From contig CDROCS010001231.1 of NCBI GenBank assembly GCA_977020255.1, forward strand, positions 124,001 to 176,096: 52,096 bases of DNA, given 5' to 3'. The position numbers and the translations under genes were made by a program. The notes beneath the pieces are model-generated. The model was not told the DNA's origin. It did no database searches and saw only the letters and a list, made by a program, of their open reading frames with translations. This document shows positions 32,901 through 45,439 of the stretch, piece after piece; position 1 is the first letter of the stretch, and the number at the start of each line of letters is the position of its first letter. This DNA is from Obrimoposthia wandeli. Its lineage: Eukaryota.

Positions 32901-35900
32901 ACTGTGATAATCTATCTTTTTCATTGTTTCTAATTCTATAATACGGACAGTGTACAAATAAAAGGATTTTTCCTTCAAATTGTTTTTGATTTTTATTGCA
33001 AGGGTTTTCTAAAAGCACAATCTTTGATCCAAATAAATAGCATTTATTCAGTTAAACTTATTTTATTCGATTAACTAATTTTATGATTTCTGCAAAATAT
33101 TGAAACATTAAATATAGATTATACATAAATTTATTACTTATAAATAAATGTAGTATATTATGCATCAATAATATGTTTTAAATATACTGGCCAACTTTGA
33201 TTATTTCAAATCATTTCTTGAGACATTAAAATTTTGCCGATTACGTATTGCTACATATACAGAGACACAAAAATTGTATCAAAATAAATCTGATTATGAA
33301 ATTCTATATTTAGATAATTAAACTTGAAAAATACTTTTAAAGAAATTTTTACAAATAGGATTTTATAGCTTTCAATTGTCGTTAAATTTTTATATAATAT
33401 TTCATTTTGGGATCAAGTTAAATTAAATAATACAAACCCTTTAGATTCTGTGACAGCTGCTAACCTTACTAAAGTACATCGTCGCCATTCGTTGATTGAC
33501 GAACTTGATTAGGTATGCAAGGGATACAAGTATCAGTATGAAACAGTTACTAAAGGTTTCTCCCATAAAGAGGACCTTAGAAGTAAAAGTAAAGTTTTCA
33601 AGGTTTGAGCAAACTTGTATATTTCATGAAATTATAAATTTCAAGAGTTACCAAAGTGAGCGATGGAGGCGCTACCGCGTGGGAGTGGCTAAGAGACACT
33701 GTCTAAACGTAACTTTGTTTTCAATGCCTTCATTTGATTTCATTTAAACTTTATTAGATTTCTAAATTTAGGATAAAGAGCATTTTTCTGAGTTTGCTCT
33801 AACTCTGCTGTTATTAATTATGACATTTCTCGTATTGGATTGAAAGGGGTTTAAGCGTCGTGGCCAAGGTTGGGAGATGTAATAACTGACTTGTCTATAA
33901 CTGACAGACATTCGTGACGCCCTTCCATTTTATTGACCTTTCATGTGGTAAAGTACCGGCAAGCTGGTTTGTGTGCAATACGTTGAATTAATACTATTCA
34001 TGTCAGAGTTTTTATGGTGTAGATAAGATTTTGCAAAAACATCGCTCCTCAAAATTTATTTGTTAAGGGAGAGTTAGGGAACCACTGGTACATCCTTTCT
34101 GCTGACTTATTACTTAATTGACGAAATACTCATGATTCTGTAGATAATGGTGGTTCTTTCACAATATATTTGGTTTATTTTTTATATATTGTTTGAAGGA
34201 AATCATAAAACTTTAAAAAAGCATCGAATTTCGATTGGTGAATACAAAATCTTTATATTGAATGCATAAGGGAATATGGGACATTTTTAACTAAAGTAAA
34301 CATAATCAAACCCTTCACACGATTGGTAAAAACAACTCTACTGGGATGATAACTCGTGTAAAAAATTAACAAACAAAACAGAAACACTATAATAGTAAGC
34401 TAACTCAGCAAACCCAGTCCTTGATAAATCGGTTTTTGGTCTGAAATCAGATTTGTTTGCTCTTTATTGAAAGGCTTCTTTATAGAAAACAAACCGGGGG
34501 AAATTGGAGATTTTTGATCAAGCCAAAATAAATATAAAACTATAATGCATCACTGTTTAGAGACTGAATTCAACAACAAATTTCATCAATATTTGCTGGC
34601 ATTGGAGTTTGGAAATAACATCAGGTATTACTGGGAACCCGGGTTCAATTCTATCAAATATAAAATTATAAATCTTTATCACTATTGTAGGCTTACGAAA
34701 AATACAATTACAGAAACATGAAATACACTGTTACTGATATAGTTACCCAAGACATAAACATAAGATCACCTTCATCGGGGGAACGGTCTTTACTAGGCAT
34801 ATGGTTATTAATACAGCAACACGATATGTGGAATTACTTTTACGCAAGACTCACGCAGGGAATTAAATACATAGTAAAAAGTTGATATACGTTTATCGAT
34901 TGGTAGTGTAGTTTTATTACTTCAGGTAAGATGTAAAAGATGCTCTAGTATGTTTTAAATTTTAATAAATTAAATCAATGTTTTTGTGACTAAAAACCCG
35001 TCGCACAGTATCAATTATTCGCGACAAAGAACTGCTAAATAAGACACAACATTAGGTTAGCCTTGACAAACTTAAACCCGAGTTAGCAACTGACTTGGGC
35101 CACTTTGTTCAGTCCCCGTAGATGTCGCCTGATAGGTCGAGGCAGCATTCGCTGTGGCCGTGGGGGCTGCAGAGGGTTGCTGTCGGTGCTCGGTACGTTC
35201 CTTCGTCATCGAGCTCTGCAGATCCTTCATCAGCTCCTCCTTCTCCGTTTTACGTGCAAAGCAGAAGTCCTTCACCTGTTCACACAGCGATTTATACTCA
35301 GATATGACCATCAAAGCCGACAAACCTTATTCTGGAACTTGATGAATATCTCAGTAAGGTCTCCATAGAACTTTTGGCTCTCTTCAGGTTGGCTGTGAGC
35401 TCAACGAACTTGTCTGCGGCTAGCATCAAGCCAGAGACGATATTGGCTCGACTGGACATTTGTCCAGACCCACTGCCACCCGCAAAACGTGTGGCCTTTT
35501 CTTGGATTCGGACAACAAAGAGTCCTGTTCCTGTAGGGACTCTCGTACACGTTCACGCAGTGGCTGCAACAGCTCAGTCAAGCGGGAGTTAACAAATTCC
35601 TCCTGACTTAATTCGGAGTTTTCGCTCATCGCCTTGGTGAATGCAGCGTCTGAAAAGCGAGGATAGATAATGAAACAATAAAATGAACATATCTAAGAAT
35701 TATCATATTTACACAAAAATTGAATTATAAACATCGATGATAATTACAATGACATATTGCATAATATTGGCCACCTACTGATGTCTTTTTCATTAGCACA
35801 TCACTCACTGAGGCTGCTGGGGTCCATGGCCTGCACCTCGGCCACGAAATCAGTACGAGCTGCCTTCACCGAATCCACCTCGCGACATAGTACCCGCAGC

Positions 35901-38900
35901 TCAGACTTGAGAGACTCTGATCCCTCGGTATCGGTGTCAGCGGAGCCGCCCGTTGTACGTGGGAGGCTCTGCTTGAGTTCAGCTTCAGGCTTACTGACAA
36001 CTCGCCAGTTTGCTGCATGCTGTTGGTAAGTGCTCCGGATTGTCTCGTCCGCAACGCGTGCCTGCAACAAGATGGCATCAGCTAAATATTTGTCAAACTA
36101 TGACTACATACCGTTTAAAATGTAATTCAACTTTATTCTCCGTGGTATTTTATTATCCAAAGTGAAACTGAGTAGAATAAAGTAACCAGGGCAATAATCA
36201 AAGATGATTTTCGGCAATATGTAGTTTATTTATCATTTTTCGTTGATTAAATTTAATTGAGTAAATATTATAGTTGAAACAGTTCAATAAAAAACATAAA
36301 ATATCACTTGTAGAGAAAAATAATTGCACAACTTTTAAAAGAAAACAATTTGATAAAAAAAGAAGAACATGGCAAGACTGCTTTCAGAATCTGCTGAATG
36401 ATTCCCCAATAACAAATCACACGAATGATGTTAAAGCAATAAAGGCCTTTCTAAATGGTGTAGGAAATCTAATACGTACGATAAAAAATTATGAACACGG
36501 TTGAATGTCATTTTTGAAGCATAAAATGCGTTCCACAAAAACCTCCAAAAACCTCCAAAATTCCCAAAATATAAAAAATCACATTCTTCAAAAAAGAATA
36601 TTTTGCGTTCCTCAAATAATGAACTGTCAACAAGCTTCACAAACCAAAAATTGTACGTTCAAAAAAAGAGTTTTATTAAAATAAAAACAAACAAAAAGTT
36701 CTGACCGTATGGTAAAAATGGTGTAATGTATAGATTTCTAGTCAAAGCTGCATCTAAATTGATATCTGGACGACCAACTTTAGACATAATCCCGTGACGT
36801 TATCATCTCTACTTCCGTTCAGATATTTAATCGAATTTGATCCCGTGACAATTCAAATCATAAAATGTCAAGGTCATAAAATACCACATTATCGTCCAAC
36901 TGTATTTAGCTATCAATGACCCTTCAATACAAGTAATTAGGGTTTACCAGAAGCAGTTCAATGTTTGTTGTGCATCGTATGATAAAGTAAAGGTTTGCAG
37001 GACAACTAAGAAGTGGAATGAAGGTTTGGTGAAGGTTGAAAGCAGAGACGGTAGTGGAAAACGAGAAATATTTGATGACAATGGTCACTTAATGGAAATA
37101 AATTCAAAATGTTTAATTTCTGTTGAAAATTGCAAGTGATGCTCAATGTTTAAAATGAACAGTACATCGAATATTTCATCAAATGAACTTCAGGCTATAC
37201 AAGCCTAGAAAGGTACAATTTCTGACATAAGTTTATGAAGCACGAGTAGCATTCACTGAGTGGATCTCAGCTTAACAGGTGACATTCAGTTGCTGTGAGG
37301 AAGTGTTTGGTTCGATACCACTTTATTGCCCTAAGAGTTTGGGTTAGTGTGGTGTTGCTGAAGGAGTTTTACAAAATTCCGTCTTCTTTGAAGGAACTTT
37401 AAACGACCAACGCTAACTTGAGATGCTAATAGATCATGTGGATTCCTCTATTAGAAGGAAGATATACATGTCAAGAATGATATATCAGTAAGATGGAGCT
37501 CAACCACACAAAAAATATTTTTAAGAAACAATTTCATTATGATGTATATGCTTTGTTGAAAATAATGTTCAAGATGGAAGCATTTCCCATAAAATAATAC
37601 AGAGAACTGCTTGTGCAAACTACTTGAAACACTATATAACAATATTTATTGAGATAACATATTTTTCAGATTGATATTATATCTTAATTTCTTTCCATCT
37701 AATTTAGGCTGCATGTGCACATACAAATATTTCTGAAAACTTGTATAAAATTGAAACAAGGTTAGGTTAAAGTCTAGCATTGAGTTATAAGATCTCACCT
37801 GTTCTAACAGCGTTTTGAACTTCTTGGACTCGTTGCGCCACACCTCAGTCAGCTTGCCAGAAGGTGTGCGATTCCAACGATCCTTGAACTGGTCCTTCAA
37901 CTTACTGTCAGAGGTTTCTTCCTCATCTAACATATTGATGGCCTGTAAGTATAGAAAAATACATGTGATGATAGAATCCGTAAACCATGTACCAGTCCAT
38001 TCAATCAGATGTACACTTTTTTCAAACAGCTGTTTTATGATAAACAAGTTAATTGCGGATTTCAGAGTAATTTAAAAGAGCATTTTGAAAGAATTCTAAT
38101 GACTGATTTTAAACAAAAAGTTATTTAAATCAATTAAAAGACAAAATCCCAATTCGAAGATGACTGACCTCATTTAGGATCTCAGTGTTGCGCTGAAGCA
38201 GATCCGGAAGAACATTGATCAAGTTGTCTATCTTGTCTATGCCACCTGCGCTGCGGACCGCGGCAGACTTGACGAGGAGCACCTCCGGTAACTGGTCCCC
38301 GCGACTCTCCTCTACAGCACCGGGAAGACTCAGTGACGTCATTACTCCGTTCAGGACCTCGGTAGCTTCCTGAAATTGACATAGATTAGAGCCTAACTGA
38401 TATCAGATTGGGCAATTAAACCCATAAATTAATAGATTGTGAATATTAAACTAGACGTTAGTTGAGTAGCTTTTACTGCAGTTATTTTTTGGTAATTATC
38501 AGGAAGATCGTATGTTGAATAAACGGGTACACACCTTGAGTCGATAAATTTCGGCTCCGATGAGCTCTCGGCGCTTATTCTCCAGAAACAAGATAGCGGA
38601 GTGCATCGCTAGAGGAACAATTTTGCCAAATAGATCGTGGAAGTTATTGTTGATGGGATTCTCGAGTGGTAACTCTTTGGCAATAACAGCCTTGGCAATG
38701 AGGGACAGAGATGCTGATTCATGGATGGTCTCATGATAGATGAGATTGTTCTCCTTCTCTACCGTCTCCAGATCACGCCGGATCCGGTCTTGCTCAGTAC
38801 GGAACATGAACTTCTGACCTGCACGACTGCTTGACGTTTTCAGGAGCTCTGTCGCTTTCTGCAAAGGGAGAGACAAATCTGGCTTCAATATACGCAGCGG

Positions 38901-41900
38901 AAAGTGACTATAAACCTTATCTCTTTCACATATCGATGCACCAATGAAAGACGGAATGTAGAGTAAACATGCAGACATGGGTGCTCTCAGAAATAGAGCT
39001 TACATTTATTTCTTTAGATATACTGCTTATTTTTATAATTAAGTTTCAATCATGAATTTGATAAATGTTCGATAAAGCTGTTCATTTCTCGAGCATACAT
39101 TTGGGTAATCTTAGTCCAATTCAAGAAAGTAAATGTAGCTCATTTCGAAAGATCTCGATTGCTACTCACTCTCAGTCTGCCAATCATCTCTCCAAAAGCC
39201 TGGTTGGAACCGCACGCCTTGCCCTGATAGTACTCGGCCAGACCATGGTATCCTGCCTGTTTGCCAGCAACTAACGGGATCCAATCCTGAAAGAAAGCAG
39301 GTTTAAATCGACTGTGGCAGCTTTGTCTATGTTGTTGTTAATTATTATCATTAATCATGTTTCGTACTTACCTTAGGCCAAACGGACTTAACAGAATTGA
39401 GCTGCATAAGTTTCAGAGCGTCAGCGTACAGATCTACGACTTGTTGAGTGATTTTGGCCACCATGACATCCTTCATTTAATCTACGTATAACGATCAGAA
39501 GAATGTCAGCAACTGAGGAGGAAACCGAAAAAATTAACACATATGAGTTAGAGGAGATTAAATAACAAACCTCGGACAGCTTTCATGTGAATGAGCTCCT
39601 GGGCCTGAGCCAGCATAAGCGCACCGAGAGTATTGAGTGTATCTGAGTTAAGGTCGACTGTGGGGTCACGCTGAATGATACCGGGTACAGCCACCTTTAG
39701 GTAGGCATAGATGCCAGCCGCTTGCTGCACGAGATAGAATAAGAGGCCAGGTTACAAGATTATCATAACTTGACCTAAGCTGCCTGACCATATTTGACAC
39801 ACCAAATCGCGACACTGCATAATTTACACTTCAAGTCACTGATTTAAACAGCAAATTCATCCAATATTACACATTCATTGATTTTTTTTCTACATTGAGG
39901 AATTTGTAGCTTTTATCTTATTGTGTATAAGTTTTGCTTTTCTTCATAAAAATTATCTTGTCTCATTTTGCAAATGTTTAAAAAGTTTTTAGAATTTTGC
40001 TTATAAAATTAAAAATAAACTAAACATGAATTTGGATTATTTATGGCGTATTTGCGTTCGACAACTTTTTCAAAATAATAGAACGGACGTTCTACAGCAA
40101 TGGACAAGGAAATGACCAGTTAAAAATTATAATAATGTATACAGTAATACCCGAAACAGTGCGGTTCCAAACAATGCGGTTTCACTATAGTGCGAATTTC
40201 GTAAAATATTAGTAAATAAATAAAATATAGAATAAAACTATATTTAATTCTTCAAAAATATCAATATTGATTTACAGATTTATATATTATATTCTTAAAA
40301 CTCACATTTTAGAAATTATTCTTTCATCTGATATTTTCCGAGTCAATATTGCAGAATACCATTATTAAAACAGATTGTATTGAAATGTTACGTCAAACAA
40401 AAGAAAGCACAATGTTGGTCCAAACTAACGACAGTGGCTAACATTAGAAAATAAATTAGATGTTATATATATGAAGATGGTGTATCATTGGCTAAAATTG
40501 CACGCGTTTATAAAATAAATGAGTCATCTGTGCGTGTTATTGTAAAGAAGAAACAACAATATAAAGATCATGGAATTGCTACTGCATCGTACATGAAAAA
40601 AGAATTGCAATAAATAGAGACAAAAACATGCTGAATATGGAACTTTTATTAATTGTAATGAAAAAAAGAATTCAACTCAGTCAACTTAGTATCCAAGAAA
40701 ATGCACGAAATCTGTTTAGCGCAGTTACCACTCAAATGAAAATGAAGGGATACCTCTACGACTACAAATGAAGAAAAATCTTTTAATACAAGCCACAGTT
40801 GGTTCAATCGCTTTAAAGAACGTATAAAATTCATAATGTTAGAATTGTCGGTTAAAGTGCTAGTGCTGATGTAGAAGCAGCCGCAAAAAAATATCCTGAT
40901 GAATTAAAAAAAATATTGAAGATGGTAATACAGTGATCATCAAATATTTAATGTGGATGAAACAGGATTGTTTTGGAAGAAAATGCCTACTCGAACATAT
41001 GTAGCTGAAAAAGAAAAAGCACAGCCGATATATTAACCTCTGAACACAACTTCGTTATTACAGCCGATGGACCAAGGAGTGATCGCAACATTCAAGGCTT
41101 ATTATAGGAGACAAGCTTTTTCTCAATTAATTAAAGTTACGACAGGAGAAAATGCCTTTTCATTAACTGATTTTTTTAAAAGAATTATAATATCAGATTT
41201 GCAATTGAAAATATTGATTCAGCATCGCGTTAAGTTACTTGTTAGCAACATGAGAGGTGTATGATGAAGCTTTAAAAATTATTATGAATGGAGACCCAAA
41301 TGTCGAACACAGCATCCAAGTGCGAAACACTGTTGAAAATAGGATTTGATGCTACAGAGAACTTTATGCCACAAAAACGAAGAAGAAATCAGTACAAACT
41401 TCTTTGTTTAATTATTTTTCTAAACAATAAAAACCTTTCAGTATTCTTTTTGTTTCAATTAATATTTAATTATAATCTTGTTTCATTATCTCTGTTAATG
41501 CTCGTTTTTAATGCATTTAATAACTTTTCATTATTTTATCGATATTTATTCAGTCCGGAACGAATTACTATTAAACTCATTATATAATGCATCAAACAGT
41601 GCGGTTCCGAACAGTGCAGAACAATTCTGGCACGAATTACCCGGGGTATTACTGTATAGTGATATGACTAACCATAATTTATTTATTTTAATGTGTTTTT
41701 TATTATTAATGTTAACAATTTCTTTTAAGATGTCAGATTATTTAGTTAAATGGGCCTTTCAAATTGGGCAAGTTAAGATTCTCAAGGATTTACAATGAAT
41801 CAAAATTGTTATGCGTGTCATTTTTGATTAGATAAAAAGATAGAATACGGTAGATCTAGACAAACTACAGAACGATGCGATAGGACAATTATAAGAACAA

Positions 41901-44228
41901 TTAAAATACATCCTTTGATAGTTTCTCAAGATCTTAATAATCAATTAAATTTAAATATATATACAGAAACTATAAAACGACATTTGCATGAAGTTAAACA
42001 TTACAACACAAAACGTAAACAGAGTTTATCTTAATGAAAACAAAGGAAAACATAGTTCAACGAAACGTTGTATATCACCTGACATTAATTCCAAAGAGAA
42101 TATTTGGTCGATATTCAAACTACGTGTTAGAAGACAAAAACATTCAACGATAATTTATCTAGTTTATCCGACAAATTAATCATAGCATGAACCGATATCA
42201 ATCAAGGAACAATTAAAAGTCTCCATGACAAAAAGACTTTCAAAATTACTTTAAGGAAAAAAATAAAATTATGATTTTTGTATAATTATTATAATTTTAG
42301 CTGCTTTATTATATGAAAATGTATAATTCATCGAAGATTTTTCATAAATTGTGATCCAATAAACTTATGACCACACACGCACACACTAAACAACCGGTGA
42401 AAAAAATGTTCCCATTGCAAACCAGTGAAACAATGATGAAAAACTCAAATACGAACCAAGCGATTACTCCTTGTAGTGTATTCTTTCCAAGCATGAGAAT
42501 AACCAAATTTACATTACTTATAAAAAGGATTGATCTAATTTATTTACATGATCTTCGTTTCTGACAGGAAATGATAATTAACTATGTCTTCCTCAGTACT
42601 TACCTAATCGTTATTCAGTAAATCTTACAAATTATAAAGCCTGTACAATTTTTATATAAACGAATTCCTTTTGTTTCAAATTCTTTTTTTATATTCGCTG
42701 ATTTGAATTTTCTTAGACAAATTTTTGCTTAAAACTAAATATAATCAATAAAATATACAGTTAACACAAAAATATACATATATGACATTGTCACTTTTAG
42801 GCTCGACTTCCATTATTCATTATTTTACAACCCTTCACTATTACAAAGAAGTGAGTAATATTTGCAAATTATCTTTAAAATAAATATGCTGTTGAATAAT
42901 ACATTGAATGAGATTGGTCGATAAATTATCAAATAGAGGATAAAATAAATTTATTGTTTCAAAAATGCTCAGTTTTAAAGTTACATCCTTATTCGTATAA
43001 ACGTCTAAAAATCGAAATTTCATGTTCAATAAATTTGAGAAAGCAACTATAATAGTAGACTGTAAATTCAAATATCTAAATCGAAGAAAGACCGCATTTT
43101 ACTGAGATTAGCCTTAGTTTTTCTTTGGCATATTAAGGAATTCAGAGGAGAGATGAAGACATTCCTAAAGTTGCCGATTTATAAAGTGTATTTGAAAAAT
43201 ATTTTTCATAATTACTAAAGTGGCTCATAATTTAACTTAATTTAGGTTACGTACCATATTTGAACTCCATAATATTTCAGAAGTAGACGTTGATTTCCTG
43301 GTCTGTTAAAATTGCCCTGACAATAAAGATCCATTCGAGCACTAAGTGACCCCAAATTGTCATTGTGTATATCAAATATTTATTTATCAATTAAAATGAT
43401 GTAATAGTTATTCAAATTAGATCAATTTTGCGATAAAATACATAAATTTCGTTATATTTACAGTTACCCATCAATAGTTGCAAAATTGAAGAAAATCTAT
43501 GTATGTTAAGGTAGTAATCATGAGCACACAAATAATGCAAAAACAAACTTCTGGACAGTTAAAGGATTTAAAGATGAAATGTTAGAAATTAATTGATATT
43601 AGTTAGAAATCCTGCGTATGCTTAAATTTAACAATTTATTTATCACATCAAAGTATTGTGCAATAAATATCCAATAAAATCGTTTTATCACAAATATTTT
43701 AAATAAAGAATTAAAAATGAATTAATTATCTAACCTGATAATATTTGGCAGCAGTCTTAAGACCAGATTCATCATTTAAATTCTGACTGTCGGCAACTTG
43801 TGAATAGAGAGAGGCAATATTGAACAAAACGCAAATTCTTTCATATGCACCCGATGCAATCTTTAAAGTTGTCTTTTTACCAAAAAGACTTTCCTTGCTG
43901 AAAGCATCTTCCCACTTAAAATCTATTCTTACATTATTTTCCTCCATCGGTATTTTTGTTTCCAAAGCTACAAACTGATCATGATACCTAAATATTTATA
44001 ACAAAAAATCTGAGAAACTATTTACTTAGTTAAAACAGATAATGCTGACTCATGTTTATCAAATAATTTACTGAGCATTCTATTACGCATATTATTAAAC
44101 TCTGTAAAAGCTGCTGTGTGATTTGTACACTGTTCGTCGCCATATGTATCTTTTACATATGAAGACAATATGGCTGCCATATTTATTTCAAACCCTTTTT
44201 TGCAGGGTACACTTAAAAATTGCGTCAT
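29975..44228 (-). CDS. PDCD6IP: ALIX / programmed cell death 6-interacting protein (Bro1, V domain, proline-rich tail), 14 exons
   Basis: Exons 44228-44026, 43987-43735, 39724-39571, 39481-39372, 39286-39170, 38858-38535, 38369-38169, 37942-37799, 36061-35809, 35649-35326, 35275-35095, 32610-32554, 31092-31015, 30180-29975; all GT-AG and phase-consistent. Motifs FKWEDAF, YERICVLFNIA, KENNLIYHE, LDEEE..D..LK.QF.DRW.RTPS, FARKTE, C-terminal YYPR. Lesions in this sequence: TAA at 39479-39477 and 1-nt losses near 35507 and 35384. Confidence 0.93.
37250..37520 (+). mobile_element. Degenerate Tc1/mariner transposase fragment in an ALIX intron
   Basis: Broken frames giving PLYCPK...CG......VFFEGTLN...LEML and YQ*DGAQPH (QQDGAPPH-like); boundaries approximate. 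Confidence 0.45.
40142..41654 (+). mobile_element. Internally deleted, degenerate Tigger/pogo DNA transposon in ALIX intron 2
   Basis: 11-bp TIR CAGTAATACCC/GGGTATTACTG flanked by TA; broken CENP-B-like HTH (LTLENKLDVI...IARVYKINESSVR), SWFNRFKER, FNVDETGLFWK, LQPMDQGVIATFKAYYRR. Confidence 0.88.
41880..42200 (+). mobile_element. Degenerate Tc1-like transposase fragment
   Basis: ETIKRHLHE and SPDINSKENIWSIFKLRV (SPDLNPIENLW-like); boundaries approximate. Confidence 0.55.
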
Positions 44229-44707
44229 TTATTCAGGGAAAAAATTAGGTAAAAAATTAGAAATGCTAAAACCAAAATAAAAAAGTAAAAAATAGAAAAC
44301 CTTGAATTAATGATATTATGAATTTTACTATTTAACAAACAGTCAATATTTAGATATTATACTACTTTCAAGGATAGATAATACATTTCAAATATATTAT
44401 AAATGCGAAATATGTTTTTTTATAATTAGTCAATAGTTATGGAAAATAGTTTATGAACTTTTAATGCCATTTTAGTTTAACTAATTTTAATTGTAAAATA
44501 TCGTAAAACGTTTACAAAAATAACGTAATTTTTATAAAAATTAGAAATCAAAATCATTCAACTAAGTGAGTGCTATGAACAAATCATATGAAACAATATT
44601 ATTATATAAATGTATAAATTAAATAGAAATCTGATAATAGTGAAAAGAAAAATATGGTTAAATTATGTTGCAAATAAAGTGAAAAATCAATAAATAGTGA
44701 CTATATA

Positions 44708-45439
44708 TGTTAGGATTACAATTTTAAAAAATAAAAATACAATTTAAAAATTTTAATAATTTCTTAATTAGGAAATAACGAGAGAAATTTCCTTAATTAA
44801 GAAAATATTTTAGGGTATGAAATGCACTTTGGCATTTAATAATCAGTTTATTTAGTTCAGTCCCCGACCGGCTTAACCAGTTTCGCCCTACCGGGCTCGT
44901 CAGAGGACGGCAGATTTATCTCTGGCTTCGGTGGGCAAAATTCCCGCGAAGTCAGAGATAAAAATAAAAAATAAAGGTCCACTTACCTGCACACAGTCGC
45001 CCAGGTTGTGCAGAGCTCACCAATTTTCCACATTCTCCTTCCCGGACTACCTTCCCCGGATCCTGACTGCCAAGATACAATATCTTTGTCTCAGACAGTT
45101 TTCCTGTCTGGAGGGAGAGGAAAAATGCAGTTTTCCTCGATCAACAGCAGACCAAACTTCTATCAGCTGCATCTGCCAACGGTCAATGTCAATTTCCCTG
45201 CTGTTATCGAGGTCGCTGCCTGTCCCCTCTCTCTCTCCCATTTGTCTGTTTCTCTTGCCATTAACTAGCGCTGATTTCGGAAGCTGCTGCCAGGATCACG
45301 CTATATGGGAGATATCACCGTGCATTTGTCGCACACTGACTCCTGGATCGATCCTTGGTGGAATTTATATAAAACAATACAACAAATGTGATTGAGTAAT
45401 AGAATTTGAACAAGTGATTTTGATTATTTATTTTCAACA
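44708..45439 (+). mobile_element. Solo LTR (732 bp) of a related family
   Basis: TGTT...AACA termini with TATA duplication (44704-44707 and 45440-45443); shares TGCACTTTGGCATTT, hammerhead, TTATCTCT...AGAGATAA hairpin, TATAAA (45368) and TGATTTTGATTA with the full-length LTR. Confidence 0.85.
44860..44908 (-). ncRNA. Type I hammerhead ribozyme (antisense in solo LTR)
   Basis: Minus strand GUCCU-CUGACGA-GCCC-GGUA-GGGC-GAAA-CUGG-UUAAG-CCGG-UC/GGGGAC; core intact, stem I needs a 1-nt bulge. Confidence 0.88.

Noticed and set aside
35072-35094. ALIX ending at the TAA of ORF 35072-35323
   Set aside because: A GTCAGT donor at 35094 splices in phase to the downstream proline-rich exons.
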